From Oceanispirochaeta sp. (GTDB taxonomy: Bacteria > Spirochaetota > Spirochaetia > DSM-2461): DNA of 64,000 bases. The notes under the pieces were generated by a model that made no database searches, was not told where the DNA came from, and saw only the letters and a list, made by a program, of their open reading frames with translations. Made by a program: the position numbers and the translations under genes. This document shows positions 38,567-49,384 of this stretch, in pieces. The stretch spans positions 1,024,001 to 1,088,000 of the forward strand of contig CAXXXD010000004.1 of assembly GCA_963663385.2 (NCBI GenBank). The letters run 5' to 3'. Every line of letters begins with the position of its first letter. Within the stretch, counting starts at the first letter, position 1.

Positions 38567-40849
38567 ATGGATATCAGCCAGGAATTGCAGATAATAGTCA
38601 ATACGGCCTACCAGGAAGCCCGTAGCAGGAATCATGAGTATTTTACTCCCGAGCATCTCCTCTATACTTCAATGGAATTTACCGATCCCAGAGACCTGAT
38701 TGAATTCTGCGGAGCCGATCCGGATGAGATTAAAGTGGATCTTGAGGAGTATTTCTCCCGGTACATCTCTTCTGTATCCGGACCGGAACCCATTCAGACC
38801 GAAGGGCTTCAGAATGTGATCGAACGCAGTATGCTCCATATGACATCCGCAGGAAAGGATACCATAGAAATTGGAGATATCCTGATATCGATCCTGGATG
38901 AACCTGACAGTTTTGCTGCGTATTATATGAGAAAGTCCGGCGTGAGCCGCATGGACCTTCTGACAGCTGTTTCCCGGATGAAGAGGGACGCGGAGCTCGA
39001 TTATCCCGATGGGGAGGAAAATCCTGAAGACTTTGATGATTTTTCCGATCCTCAGACCCAGAGAGAGAAGAAGAAAAAAAACAAGTCGGCCCTTGATGCC
39101 TATACAACAGACCTGACTGCTCTGGCACAAAAGGGTAAACTGGAGCCCTTAATCGGACGCGAGGATATCCTTGAAAGGACTATTCAGGTTCTGAGCCGCC
39201 GGTTGAAAAACAATCCCGTACATGTGGGGGATCCCGGAGTCGGCAAAACCGCTATCACAGAAGGACTGGCCTGGCGGATTTATCAGGAGGAGGTCCCGAC
39301 TTTTCTGAAGGGCGCCAGGATCTTTTCGCTGGATATGGGAAGCCTGCTGGCCGGAACCCGTTACAGGGGCGATTTTGAAGAGAGGATAAAGCGGGTCCTG
39401 AAGGAACTGGAAGATATTGATAATGTTATCCTGTTTATCGATGAGATCCATACGATTATAGGAGCCGGTTCGGTTTCGGGCGGCAGTATGGATGCCAGTA
39501 ATCTGCTGAAACCTGCCCTGGTGAGGGGAAAACTCCGCTGTATAGGTTCCACCACCTACGACGAGTTTAAAAAGCATTTTGAAAAAGACCATGCCCTTGC
39601 CCGGCGTTTTCAGAAAATCGATGTGCCCGAAACGACTGTGGAGGAAACAAAGGAAATTCTGAAGGGACTGCAGAAGGTATATGAGGAACACCATGGTGTA
39701 ATCTATACGGAAGAAGCGATTGAGGCTGCTGTAACCCTGTCAGATCTTTATATTAATGAAAAACACCTGCCCGACAAGGCTATAGACCTGATAGACGAGG
39801 CGGGAGCCTGGAAGCGTCTGCAGGCAGAGAAAGAGGGGACCGCCGGAGAGGACCAGACCATTACGGACAGGGATGTGGAAAAGGTTGTTTCCACTATCGC
39901 CCGTATACCGGAAAAGAGTGTCTCTGCCAATGAAACTGACCGTCTGCGCGATCTGGACAGCGCTTTGAAAAAGAATCTCTTCGGTCAGGATGAAGCGGTG
40001 GATGCGGTTACCCTGGCAATCAGACGTTCCCGCGCGGGGTTCCGGCAGGAGAATAAGCCGATTGCCTCTTTTCTGTTTGTCGGTCCCACAGGAGTTGGAA
40101 AAACCGAGCTGGCAAGACTGCTGGCTTCCGAACTGGGGGTTTCCCTGCATCGGATTGATATGAGCGAATACCAGGAGAAACATACGGTCTCCCGCCTGAT
40201 CGGTTCGCCTCCGGGTTATGTAGGCTATGAAGAGGGGGGGCTGTTAACCGATACGATTCGCAAGAACCCCCATGCGGTTCTGCTCCTGGATGAAATTGAG
40301 AAAGCCCATCCGGATGTGTTCAATATCCTTCTGCAGATGATGGATTATGCCACGGTTACGGATAATATGGGGAGAAAGGCGGATTTCCGTCACGCCGTCA
40401 TTATTATGACTTCCAATGCGGGAGCCAGGGATATCGGAAAAGCCGTAATCGGGTTCGGAGATGAGACCATATCCACCGAAGCCGTAAACAGTGCTGTGAA
40501 CCGGATTTTTACTCCCGAGTTCAGAAACCGGCTGGATAAAATTATCAATTTCCACGGTCTGCCCGATGAAGTTGTACAGTCCATTGTCCGTAAGGAACTG
40601 AAAGCCTTTGAAGCTCAGCTCTCCGTCCGGGATGTTACCCTTGAAGTCTCGGACGAGTGTGTCCGATGGCTGGCTGAAAACGGCTACTCAAGGGAGTACG
40701 GGGCCCGTAATATCTCCCGGCTTGTGGATGATAAACTGAAAACCTTCTTTGTGGATCAGGTTCTTTTCGGAGATCTTTCCGGAGGGGGAAAAGCCTTTGC
40801 GGATATAAAGGACGACGATATTGTTATAGAGGTTCGGCAGGGTGAGTGA
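38567..40849 (+). CDS. clpA: ATP-dependent Clp protease ATPase ClpA
   Basis: Two AAA+ modules ([16 protein letters not shown]), no M-domain, IGF loop; follows clpS. Confidence 0.95.
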   Translation: MDISQELQIIVNTAYQEARSRNHEYFTPEHLLYTSMEFTDPRDLIEFCGADPDEIKVDLEEYFSRYISSVSGPEPIQTEGLQNVIERSMLHMTSAGKDTIEIGDILISILDEPDSFAAYYMRKSGVSRMDLLTAVSRMKRDAELDYPDGEENPEDFDDFSDPQTQREKKKKNKSALDAYTTDLTALAQKGKLEPLIGREDILERTIQVLSRRLKNNPVHVGDPGVGKTAITEGLAWRIYQEEVPTFLKGARIFSLDMGSLLAGTRYRGDFEERIKRVLKELEDIDNVILFIDEIHTIIGAGSVSGGSMDASNLLKPALVRGKLRCIGSTTYDEFKKHFEKDHALARRFQKIDVPETTVEETKEILKGLQKVYEEHHGVIYTEEAIEAAVTLSDLYINEKHLPDKAIDLIDEAGAWKRLQAEKEGTAGEDQTITDRDVEKVVSTIARIPEKSVSANETDRLRDLDSALKKNLFGQDEAVDAVTLAIRRSRAGFRQENKPIASFLFVGPTGVGKTELARLLASELGVSLHRIDMSEYQEKHTVSRLIGSPPGYVGYEEGGLLTDTIRKNPHAVLLLDEIEKAHPDVFNILLQMMDYATVTDNMGRKADFRHAVIIMTSNAGARDIGKAVIGFGDETISTEAVNSAVNRIFTPEFRNRLDKIINFHGLPDEVVQSIVRKELKAFEAQLSVRDVTLEVSDECVRWLAENGYSREYGARNISRLVDDKLKTFFVDQVLFGDLSGGGKAFADIKDDDIVIEVRQGE

Positions 40850-41588
40850 TGACGCCTTCCCCTGGCTGGAAGTGCAGGACTTCTTTCCTTTTCCGCCCCC
40901 TGACAGCTGGGACGATGATATTGTCGGAGTGGGAGGCAATCTCTCTCCGGGGATGCTGATTTCAGCCTACGCCCAGGGGATCTTCCCCTGGTTCAACGAG
41001 GGAGAGGATATACTGTGGTGGAGTCTGGACCCGCGGTTTATTCTCTATCCGGGGAATCTGAAAATCTCCAAAAGCATGAAAAGGCTTATCAGATCCGGTC
41101 GTTTCACTCTCTCCGTAGACCGGGACTTTCCAGCAGTTATTTCCAGTTGCGGCACTGCATCAAGGAAGGGTGAGGACGGAACCTGGATCAGCGGCGATAT
41201 GAAAGAGGCCTATACCCGTCTGCATGATCTGGGATTTGCCCATTCCGTGGAAGTCCGGGAGCAGGGGGAACTGGCAGGAGGCTTGTACGGGATCTCTCTG
41301 GGGAGCTGTTTTTTCGGTGAATCCATGTTTGCCCGCCGTCCGAATGCATCAAAAACCGCTCTGATAGCCCTGACGCTCTGGCTGGAGGAACAGGGGTTCC
41401 CTTTTATCGACTGCCAGCAGCATACAGAGCATCTGGGGTCTATGGGAGCAGTGGATATAGACCGCGCCGTTTTTCTGAAGGAGTTGAAGAAGGCTCTTCA
41501 GGTTCCGACTATCCGGGGAAACTGGAGTGAGCTTTTTCCCGGCTTCCCCGATTCCTCCCGTTGGCAGTACCTGAAAGGGGACAGATAA
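40842..41588 (+). CDS. aat: Leucyl/phenylalanyl-tRNA-protein transferase
   Basis: AYAQGIFPW, ILWWSLDPR, AHSVEV, FFGESMF, NASK, IDCQ. Confidence 0.95.
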   Translation: MSDDAFPWLEVQDFFPFPPPDSWDDDIVGVGGNLSPGMLISAYAQGIFPWFNEGEDILWWSLDPRFILYPGNLKISKSMKRLIRSGRFTLSVDRDFPAVISSCGTASRKGEDGTWISGDMKEAYTRLHDLGFAHSVEVREQGELAGGLYGISLGSCFFGESMFARRPNASKTALIALTLWLEEQGFPFIDCQQHTEHLGSMGAVDIDRAVFLKELKKALQVPTIRGNWSELFPGFPDSSRWQYLKGDR

Positions 41589-41589
41589 T

Positions 41590-42648
41590 ATGGAGAAAAG
41601 TTTCTTCTTCCTGTTCCTGATGCTGATCCCTCTTACCCTGTTCGGCCAGACGAATGACAGTGATTCGGATATGCTGGAACGGCAGTACCATGTGGATACC
41701 ATGAAGAACAGAGCCCTTGAGGCTATGAGCCGGGGAGACTTTGAAGAGGCTTTGACTATTCTGGATACGGCTATTGCCCTTTCTCCCAAGGATCCGCTGC
41801 TTCGGGATCTGAAAGCTTCCATTCTGGAGCTGGAAATAATTACAGCCGGTTCGCCGGAACTGACAGGAGGGGAGACCCGGAAACCGGAGTTTTACGATCC
41901 GGAATCCATTGCCGGGAATGAAGGGGATGATTCGTCCGTTGTCGTTCCGGATTTTGAGGAGGAACTGATTGCCGGGAGACACTTCAGCGATCCTGTGCAG
42001 TTCCGGGAAGCCTTCTCTTCAACTCTGGCTTTACACCTGGGAGAGTCCAGGCCGGTTTATCTGGAAAACGACGGGTTCTATCAGCATGACGAAGTAGAGG
42101 AGCTGAGTACAAACTACGGGGTCTTTGGAGATTTTCAGTATTTTTTTAAAGGTATAGACCGGGCGCTGGGAGTCAATCTGAGGTATTATGGGAACCTCCT
42201 GAATCCTGAAGAGGGAAATATTCTGGTTCATCAAATGGATCTGGGTATTGTTTTAAGGGGATTCTTTCTGGAGAGCCCCGAAGCAAGATCTACTGTGGGG
42301 TTTCGTTTCGGAGCCAGTCTGCTCTATCTGAATGATTATGAACGATCCCGGTTTAAACCGGCTCTGGCTAATGCGCTGGGGTTTGGAGTTTACTATAACG
42401 ATGCGGTTTTACGGCTTCTGTTTCGGAAAAGGCCTTTCTTTCAGAGAATTGTATTTGATCTGGGAGTGGATTACTACTATCTGACTCAATCCGAAGACAG
42501 CTATATGATCCGCTATAACGGAGCCCTCACTTTTCAGGTAACTCCGGAATTCCGGGTGGGGCCGTTCATCCGTTCCTTTAATACGGCTCAGGATATTCAG
42601 ATCCTCAGCTCCTGGAGCACGGGGATGCTCCTGAACTACTCGCTGTAG
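41590..42648 (+). CDS. Exported TPR-containing protein with C-terminal beta-barrel-like region
   Basis: Signal peptide, one TPR (GDFEEAL...AIALSP), aromatic beta-rich C-half. Confidence 0.65.
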   Translation: MEKSFFFLFLMLIPLTLFGQTNDSDSDMLERQYHVDTMKNRALEAMSRGDFEEALTILDTAIALSPKDPLLRDLKASILELEIITAGSPELTGGETRKPEFYDPESIAGNEGDDSSVVVPDFEEELIAGRHFSDPVQFREAFSSTLALHLGESRPVYLENDGFYQHDEVEELSTNYGVFGDFQYFFKGIDRALGVNLRYYGNLLNPEEGNILVHQMDLGIVLRGFFLESPEARSTVGFRFGASLLYLNDYERSRFKPALANALGFGVYYNDAVLRLLFRKRPFFQRIVFDLGVDYYYLTQSEDSYMIRYNGALTFQVTPEFRVGPFIRSFNTAQDIQILSSWSTGMLLNYSL

Positions 42649-42673
42649 GATACAGGATTGCACTCAAGGGATG

Positions 42674-44233
42674 TCACACAGGCAGATCCTGCAATATATC
42701 AAGAAATACCTTGATCCGCCCCGGTTGGGCCCAGTTACAGGTACCCTGCATCTTATGGCTTTTGAGGATAGAGCCGATTACCGGTTTTTTGAGTTGTTTC
42801 AGAACTCTCAGGGCTTCTTCCTTTTCCCTGAAAGGACAGTAGGCCTGAAGGGATTGATTGGGAACCCAGGGTTTCCCGTTATTTTCAGAGAAGAGTATGG
42901 GAGTAAACTCATTTTTGCCGTAGGACTCCCAGACTACCTTCCAGGGAAAAAATGTATAGGGACCCACACCAAGCAGGCTCCAGTAGTATCCCCTTCTTAT
43001 CTGGCTCCTGAGCATAACCCCTTTCCGGCTCTCAAGAGAATCTTTATGTCTGTTAAGGTAATCCAGGGCACCCGGGTAGCTTTCCAGTTCCTTTTCTGTC
43101 AGAACTTTTCCGTTCTGTTTATAGGGCAGGAAGATATATTTATCCGCCTTCTGATTCCCCCTGAACTGTTTGGCCGTTATAAGCGGGAAAATCAGATCCT
43201 CCGGAAGAAGGGCTCTCTCATTTTTATTGGCCACTTCGCACAAACCTTTTGAAACCGGTTTGCAGCTTTCAAAAATAAAGAGAGAATTCCTGCCTCCCGT
43301 ATTGATGCCCTGACGGGGAAGGGAGTCCTGCCCGATGGGGATGCGGGGGATTTCCGGGGGAGTGGACTCAGCGGGGTTGTGAATCATATAGGCGCTTCCC
43401 CCTTCCCGGACAGGTGCTGCCAGATGTTCCTCCCACTCTCTCTTGTCAGTCATTATGTGATAGGGAAGAGCCTCTCTCATCTTCCGGTCACGCTGCATAT
43501 AAATCAGACCGCACCTTGTGGTTACACCGGGAAAGATTTCATTGCTGCCGTAATCCCATACCTCATTGATGGAGAAGGATGTCCCAGGCAGTTTACCCCG
43601 GCGGAAGGTGTTGTGGGCGCCTTCATTCAGGATAAGGGACAGGGGGCTGAAGAAGAAGGCGCTGCCCCGGGAATTCAGGTTGCTCTCCAGTGTTTTCATA
43701 ATAATAAGGGCCGCTATATCTATACGGGAATTCCCTAACAGGAGGTCTCCTGCCGATGCGGCCAGACCGAATCTGAGAAAACAGGGCTTTACAGTTTCTT
43801 TCTCCCCGGAAGGCAGGTCCGTATAGTTTACCCACGGAGGGTTCCCGAACAGGATATCTGCCCGGAAGTTACTCTTTTCCGACAAAATATCACCGGTTTG
43901 TATGGGATTGCTTTTGAAATCTATCCCGTAGGTGCTGTGGATCCGGTGGATGAAGTTCCGGGAGAACTCCTCCTCTCTCTCGATTCCCTTCAGTCTCTTC
44001 AGCATCTGACCGGTAAGGGGGATCCCGTCCTCCCGGCTGACTCTTATCAGCGATTCAAGCAGAGATCCCTTGCCTGCGGTGGGATCCAGGATGCTTGCTC
44101 CTTCAGCCCATTTATGGTGGAGGTCGTATTGCCGGACCATAAAATCCGCCTGGATATCCGGTGTGAAAAATGCGCCGATGGATTTTCTTCTCTCTCTGCT
44201 GAGAGCCTGTTCCTCTCCGGATATATCAGCCAT
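42674..44233 (-). CDS. Amino (N6-adenine) DNA methyltransferase, gamma/Eco57I-TaqI-like, solitary
   Basis: GAFFTP, ILDPTAGKG (motif I), GNPPW (motif IV); TRD-like C-terminal region. Confidence 0.8.
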   Translation of the reverse strand: MADISGEEQALSRERRKSIGAFFTPDIQADFMVRQYDLHHKWAEGASILDPTAGKGSLLESLIRVSREDGIPLTGQMLKRLKGIEREEEFSRNFIHRIHSTYGIDFKSNPIQTGDILSEKSNFRADILFGNPPWVNYTDLPSGEKETVKPCFLRFGLAASAGDLLLGNSRIDIAALIIMKTLESNLNSRGSAFFFSPLSLILNEGAHNTFRRGKLPGTSFSINEVWDYGSNEIFPGVTTRCGLIYMQRDRKMREALPYHIMTDKREWEEHLAAPVREGGSAYMIHNPAESTPPEIPRIPIGQDSLPRQGINTGGRNSLFIFESCKPVSKGLCEVANKNERALLPEDLIFPLITAKQFRGNQKADKYIFLPYKQNGKVLTEKELESYPGALDYLNRHKDSLESRKGVMLRSQIRRGYYWSLLGVGPYTFFPWKVVWESYGKNEFTPILFSENNGKPWVPNQSLQAYCPFREKEEALRVLKQLKKPVIGSILKSHKMQGTCNWAQPGRIKVFLDILQDLPV

Positions 44234-45452
44234 GGTTATCCAGGACCTGCCCGCTGCTTAAACCCTGCAGCGCCTCATCAAGGGCATCATCCAGAAGTTT
44301 GAATAACCTGTCCTCTCCCTGCAGCAGGGGATACTCTTTTTTTGTCAGGCTGCCGTATGCCAGCAGGCGCAGTACTTCCGTAAGGGGCTGTTTGTCCGGA
44401 GGTGTGGCAGGAACGTAGGCATCCTGTCTGGCACCCAGACGCACCCTGTGGATGAGCCTGGCATCAAGAAAAGGATCCAGCAGGAGCTCCACCTCCATCT
44501 CCGGGAGATTGAGATGCATGGAAAGTTCATGCAGCTGAGGAGGATCGTTCCTTTTTAAAAAGCGCTCCGAAATAGTCGAATAAAGGCGGAGGCTGTCTCT
44601 TATCCGTCCCCCCGGAAACTTCTCAGCGGTATCACGGAAGTAGCAGAATTCCCTGTGCTGATGGACATAGGTTATCTCTACCGCAAGCAGAATCGTAATC
44701 CATACCACATAGATCCATATCAGGATAAGGGGAACAAGGAAAAGGGAGCCGTATATGACAGATATCCTGACAGACTGATTCACCCAGGCGGAAAACAGCC
44801 TTTTGGCAATTTCCCAGAGAACGCTGCCGCTTGCCGCTCCGATCAGGGCGCTGGTAAAACGGATTTTCCCGGAAGGCATCAGGGTTATCAAAAGGAGAAG
44901 GGTGAGAAATATGAAAAGGAAAGAAGACACTTGCCTCATGAGATTCGTGCTGATCTGGCCGTTCCCGTAGGTTTCAAGCAGGGAATTAAACAGATTCCCT
45001 GAAAAAGTGATACTGGCGCCTATAAACAGACCGGCAAATACCAATACGGCCGTATAGGTGGTGAAACGGAGAATCAATGTCCGTTCCGTCCGCATCCTGA
45101 ATACCGTACTGAGGTGTATTTCAATATTGTTTAAAAGCATTACTATGGTAATGACAAAGATCAGAATCCCCATTGTTCCAAAGCGGCTGCTGTTTTCGGC
45201 AAAGTCGCTGAGGGCGGAGAGTATTGTTTCCTGACTTGTGGGCAGAAGTGTTTCCGCCAGAAACGTCTGGACCGTTTCACTCCGGATCAGGCTCCCTCCG
45301 AAACCGAGAAGAACTGTGAAAAGGGGGACGATGGCCAGGAGTGTGGTATAGGCCAGTCCCGCCGCCCTTTGAGGGCACCGGTTGGATAAAAACTCCTTTA
45401 CAACTTCTTCCAGAAAAGTATAGAGAGATTTCATATATGTGAGGGTTTTCAT
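44226..45452 (-). CDS. YihY/BrkB-family membrane protein with C-terminal wHTH-like extension
   Basis: AAGLAYTTLLAIVP, IYGSL..VPL.LIWIY..W..LL..E. Confidence 0.88.
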   Translation of the reverse strand: MKTLTYMKSLYTFLEEVVKEFLSNRCPQRAAGLAYTTLLAIVPLFTVLLGFGGSLIRSETVQTFLAETLLPTSQETILSALSDFAENSSRFGTMGILIFVITIVMLLNNIEIHLSTVFRMRTERTLILRFTTYTAVLVFAGLFIGASITFSGNLFNSLLETYGNGQISTNLMRQVSSFLFIFLTLLLLITLMPSGKIRFTSALIGAASGSVLWEIAKRLFSAWVNQSVRISVIYGSLFLVPLILIWIYVVWITILLAVEITYVHQHREFCYFRDTAEKFPGGRIRDSLRLYSTISERFLKRNDPPQLHELSMHLNLPEMEVELLLDPFLDARLIHRVRLGARQDAYVPATPPDKQPLTEVLRLLAYGSLTKKEYPLLQGEDRLFKLLDDALDEALQGLSSGQVLDNHG

Positions 45453-45928
45453 TCAACAGGGCTCCTGTTCGTCCTCTTTTCCATAAATACAAGAATCTGT
45501 TTTGGAGTCAGGGGTTTTTTCATCAGCTCAATATACCCGTGTTTTTTATAAAAATAAAGGTTCCTGCTGCTTTTATGTCCCGTGAACAGCTCATAGCGCT
45601 GCAGATGAAAAAAGCGGTTCTCTATTTCCTTCAGGAGGAGAGAACCGATACCCATGTTCTGGTATTCCGGATGGACGATCAATTTGGCGATATAGCAGGT
45701 TTCACCGTCTTCTTCCGCTCTGACTGATCCGATGATTCTGTCGTCTGAAATGGCTTTAAGAAAAATCCCCGCGCCGTACTCATGTATGATTTGATCCATA
45801 GTCTGCTGAAGAGGCGCTATTGTAAAGTCCTGACACAATTCCGCTTCGCTCAAGTAAGCTGTCTTCTGAAGAGCCAGGATATCAGGCAGATCTTCTATAC
45901 CTGCGTCACTGATCGTTACTTCCGGCAT
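45449..45928 (-). CDS. GNAT N-acetyltransferase
   Basis: IIGSVR, LIVHPEYQNMGIG, LFTGHKS.RN..FY.K.GY; start at MPEVT. Confidence 0.85.
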   Translation of the reverse strand: MPEVTISDAGIEDLPDILALQKTAYLSEAELCQDFTIAPLQQTMDQIIHEYGAGIFLKAISDDRIIGSVRAEEDGETCYIAKLIVHPEYQNMGIGSLLLKEIENRFFHLQRYELFTGHKSSRNLYFYKKHGYIELMKKPLTPKQILVFMEKRTNRSPVE

Positions 45929-45992
45929 AAATTCCCATCCTTGCTTTTGAAGATTATAGGTCAGGTTATCCGGGAGCACAAGGTGCCATTTC

Positions 45993-46033
45993 AAAAAAGG
46001 AGGGGCCGCCCTGTTAACAACAGGTCGGCCCCT
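45993..46033 (-). terminator. Rho-independent terminator of the aldo/keto reductase gene
   Basis: AGGGGCCG...CTGTT/AACAG...CGGCCCCT hairpin with a U-tract on the minus strand. Confidence 0.7.
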
Positions 46034-46063
46034 GAAAGGAGAAAATTGAAAGAAAATCGATAA

Positions 46064-47104
46064 TTATGGAGGGGTTATCTCTCCATCCAGATCCCAGAGA
46101 TCTTCCCAGGTCTGTCCGTCTTTCCACAGGAATACCTGTCCTTTGATCAGACGGCAGTTCCTGTCGATTTTTGAGAGTTCTTCCATCTCTTCATCGGTCA
46201 GGGGATTTTCTACAGTCAGCTTGATATTGCTGAGGTATTCGTTCCGGTGAATGGAAAAGGGAATGGGAATCTGTCCCCTCTGTACAGCCCATTTAAGGCA
46301 GACCACAGCCGGGTGTGCACCCAGTCTGGCTGCAATTTTCTTAACAACGGGATCTTCGATATCAACCGTATCGGTCGAGGTTTTATCCCGATCAGGCCGT
46401 GTGGGAGAACCGATGGGGCAGAATCCTATGGGCTGAATATTGTTTTCCACAACAAAATCATACAGTTCAGGCTGCTGAAAATGGGGGTGGAGTTCCATCT
46501 CGTTACAGGCCGGCTGAATTCTGGCATCCCGCAGAATCAGTTTCAGTTTGGGAATGGAAACATTACAGGTCCCGATGTTTTTTACCAGTCCCATTTCGAC
46601 GAGCTGTTCCATCTGCCGCCATGTTTTCATAAAGTTTTCATGAATATAGGGTTTGGCATCGGGGCTTCTGGAATCAACATCACACCCGGGGGCATGGTAG
46701 TTGGGGAAGGGCCAGTGTACAAGAAACAGATCCAGGTAATCCAGCTGAAGGTCTTTCAGGGACTGTTTACAGGATTTGATAACGTCATCGTGCATGTCAT
46801 TCCATACTTTGGATGTAATCCAAAGTTCTTCCCGGGGGATGCCGCCTTTTATAATCGTCTGCAGAGCCTGTCCGATAAGAGCTTCGTTACCGTAAACCGA
46901 GGCACAGTCGAAGTGACGGAATCCGACTTCCGCGGCTCCAACAACAGCGTTGGCAATGTCTTCCGGGGCAAAACGGTCGGAACCGAATGTTCCCATACCT
47001 ATACCGGGCATTTCCGCTCCGTTGAATAATTTCCTTTTAGGTACAGCTTTGGGGTCTACTCCGTCAGCCGCTATGGAAAAGTCAGTTCTTATTTCAGCTG
47101 CCAT
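46064..47104 (-). CDS. Aldo/keto reductase
   Basis: GFRHFDCASVYGNE, ITSKVW, DYLDLFLVHWP, ELHP. Confidence 0.93.
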   Translation of the reverse strand: MAAEIRTDFSIAADGVDPKAVPKRKLFNGAEMPGIGMGTFGSDRFAPEDIANAVVGAAEVGFRHFDCASVYGNEALIGQALQTIIKGGIPREELWITSKVWNDMHDDVIKSCKQSLKDLQLDYLDLFLVHWPFPNYHAPGCDVDSRSPDAKPYIHENFMKTWRQMEQLVEMGLVKNIGTCNVSIPKLKLILRDARIQPACNEMELHPHFQQPELYDFVVENNIQPIGFCPIGSPTRPDRDKTSTDTVDIEDPVVKKIAARLGAHPAVVCLKWAVQRGQIPIPFSIHRNEYLSNIKLTVENPLTDEEMEELSKIDRNCRLIKGQVFLWKDGQTWEDLWDLDGEITPP

Positions 47105-47354
47105 AAAATACTCCTTAACAGTTTTAGTGTGTTAGAACACTTAATATGTATGATCATGTTATACTACGGTTTTGCAGGTTTGGCAAATGTTTTTGTAGGG
47201 AATTCGGTTATTTTTATTTAAAGAATGTGGATTTCTATATATAAATGAACCTTTGAATATTGTATGAAAATAATATATTGTAATAATTATTGGACGATGT
47301 ATATTTAATACCAGCTGGTAATATTTAATAAAAAACCTGTTTGAAGAGGGCTCT

Positions 47355-49070
47355 ATGAATTGGGATTTTTCAATTTTCGATGCGGTACAGCTGATGATTC
47401 CGGCGGCTTGTTCCCTGATGCTTATATGTATTATTGTGGCATACATTTTTCTGTACTCCCGTTTCAGGGAAACCCTTTATCTGGCCGGTCTGATAATAAG
47501 CGTCTGTGCTGCCGCCTACGTTTTGTTTGAATTTCTGGTAATTGTCTGCGGCTGGACAGACAGGATTGAGCTGGGACGTCTCTTTCATAGACTGGGGCAG
47601 CTGGCAGGTGCCTACTTCCTTTATGCGGTAATGAATTTTGCCTCTGCAATTATGTCAGAGGGGAGTGTGCTGAAAAAAATAACGACCTATATGTCCATGG
47701 GAGGGCTTGGTTTTGCCGTTTTTCTCACATTCGCCGCCTTTATCTTTCCCGAGTCCTTTATCTCTATAGCAAACGGGATTACAAGAGAGCTCCTTTCGCC
47801 GGGCGATTTCAGCCGCGGCCGGGTAGGCCCGCTCTACTCGGTAAGGGATGTGCTTCTTGGAATCTACCTCTCTTCCATGATTATCCTTTCTCTGGTTTCA
47901 CTTTTTCTGCATCACAGGGACCCGAAGACACTGATTATTATTCTCGGAACGGTTATTGCGGCGGTATCCGCCATTGATGATATCATGTTCTATCAGTTCG
48001 GCCGTAATTTCATACTTAATGCCTTCCGCTATTCCCGCATGTCCGTGGGGATCTCCTTTATGATTCTGTTTATTCTGACTGCCATTATTAACGAGTTTTT
48101 CAGAACCCAGCAGGAACTGAATGAAACCCATCGAAAATTGAAAGAGACCCATGATGAGCTGAAACTTACCCATAAAAAACTGAAAGTCTCGGAGCGCAAG
48201 TACAGGCATCTGTCGGAAGGAGCCGATCAGGCCATCTTCTCTCTCTCTCCGGATATGAAGTTCATGTCCATGAATCAGAAAGCCCGTTCCTATTTTGCTC
48301 TTCCCCGGGAATCAGAGGAGAAGCACTTTCTGGAGGTTATAAACCATAGCCACGGGGGGGATTCCAGGGTATCCAGGCAGATTATGAATGAAAACCTCAG
48401 GCAGCTCAGCTCCGACAAAGAATCGGTTACTTTTCATACCATTGTGGATGACCCCCGGACAGGAGAACCCGAAGAGTATGAGTTCCACTTTGATTACCTG
48501 GAAACGGATGAAAAAGAAGTTGAGTTCATCGGAAGGGCTTCCAAAATGAAAACTTCCAGACTGATGCGGAGCATTGAGTATGAAAAACTGAAACTGACTA
48601 TCGAAAACTATATCATTGCCATTGATGATGTAGCCACCAGGCTTACCCAGACCCTGAATAAATATATCGATCAGGGAACGGTCCTTTTGATCAAGATGGG
48701 GCTGCAGGAGATTATTATAAATGCCATAGAACACGGAAACCTGAATATATCCTTTGATGAGAAAACCCATGCCATGTCCGAAGGACGCTATCTGGATTTT
48801 ATCAGGGAAAGGCAGCAGGATCCCCGTTACAGGGACAGGCGGGTAACGATTGATTATATACTTACTTCCGACAGTGTTCAGTATAAGGTGACAGATCAGG
48901 GCGCAGGATTTGATTTTCATTCCACCATGAAGAAGGTTGAGACAAGCGTTGAAAAGGAGATGCTGACCCACGGCCGGGGCATAAATATGACCAGAGTGCT
49001 TTTTGACGAGGTCAAATACAATAAAAAGGGCAACCAGGTTCTTTTGATAAAGAATCTACAAACAGCGTAA
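47355..49070 (+). CDS. 7TM membrane sensor-PAS-RsbW-like HATPase protein
   Basis: About 7 TM segments, coiled coil, PAS-like region, then EIIINAIEHGN, DQGAGFD, HGRGI, YNKKGNQV. Confidence 0.8.
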   Translation: MNWDFSIFDAVQLMIPAACSLMLICIIVAYIFLYSRFRETLYLAGLIISVCAAAYVLFEFLVIVCGWTDRIELGRLFHRLGQLAGAYFLYAVMNFASAIMSEGSVLKKITTYMSMGGLGFAVFLTFAAFIFPESFISIANGITRELLSPGDFSRGRVGPLYSVRDVLLGIYLSSMIILSLVSLFLHHRDPKTLIIILGTVIAAVSAIDDIMFYQFGRNFILNAFRYSRMSVGISFMILFILTAIINEFFRTQQELNETHRKLKETHDELKLTHKKLKVSERKYRHLSEGADQAIFSLSPDMKFMSMNQKARSYFALPRESEEKHFLEVINHSHGGDSRVSRQIMNENLRQLSSDKESVTFHTIVDDPRTGEPEEYEFHFDYLETDEKEVEFIGRASKMKTSRLMRSIEYEKLKLTIENYIIAIDDVATRLTQTLNKYIDQGTVLLIKMGLQEIIINAIEHGNLNISFDEKTHAMSEGRYLDFIRERQQDPRYRDRRVTIDYILTSDSVQYKVTDQGAGFDFHSTMKKVETSVEKEMLTHGRGINMTRVLFDEVKYNKKGNQVLLIKNLQTA

Positions 49071-49112
49071 AATTCCATTTTTCTTCGGATACCGTTTTGA
49101 CCGAAATCCCTT

Positions 49113-49307
49113 TCAGGCCAGAAGATCCACGCGGACTCCCATATAGGAGGGCAGTTCGGCCCTCTCTTCATTCCGCTTCTCTTTCTCCAACCGGTTTTTT
49201 TCCTGCTTCTTCAGCTCATTGAACCGGCGAACTTCTTCCATTTCTGTACGATATCTCTCCGCTTCCAGTTCTTCCAGGTGCCTGAACGGTATCGCTACCA
49301 TATCCAT
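49113..49307 (-). CDS. Small charged hypothetical protein
   Basis: AGAGGT RBS; fills the intergenic gap; ends in G.RVDLLA. Confidence 0.55.
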   Translation of the reverse strand: MDMVAIPFRHLEELEAERYRTEMEEVRRFNELKKQEKNRLEKEKRNEERAELPSYMGVRVDLLA

Positions 49308-49384
49308 GACAGACCTCTACTGTATTATTCTATCAGATATCTGTGGTTCTCTTATGAAGATGAGGTTGCATTTTTATGGCCATA

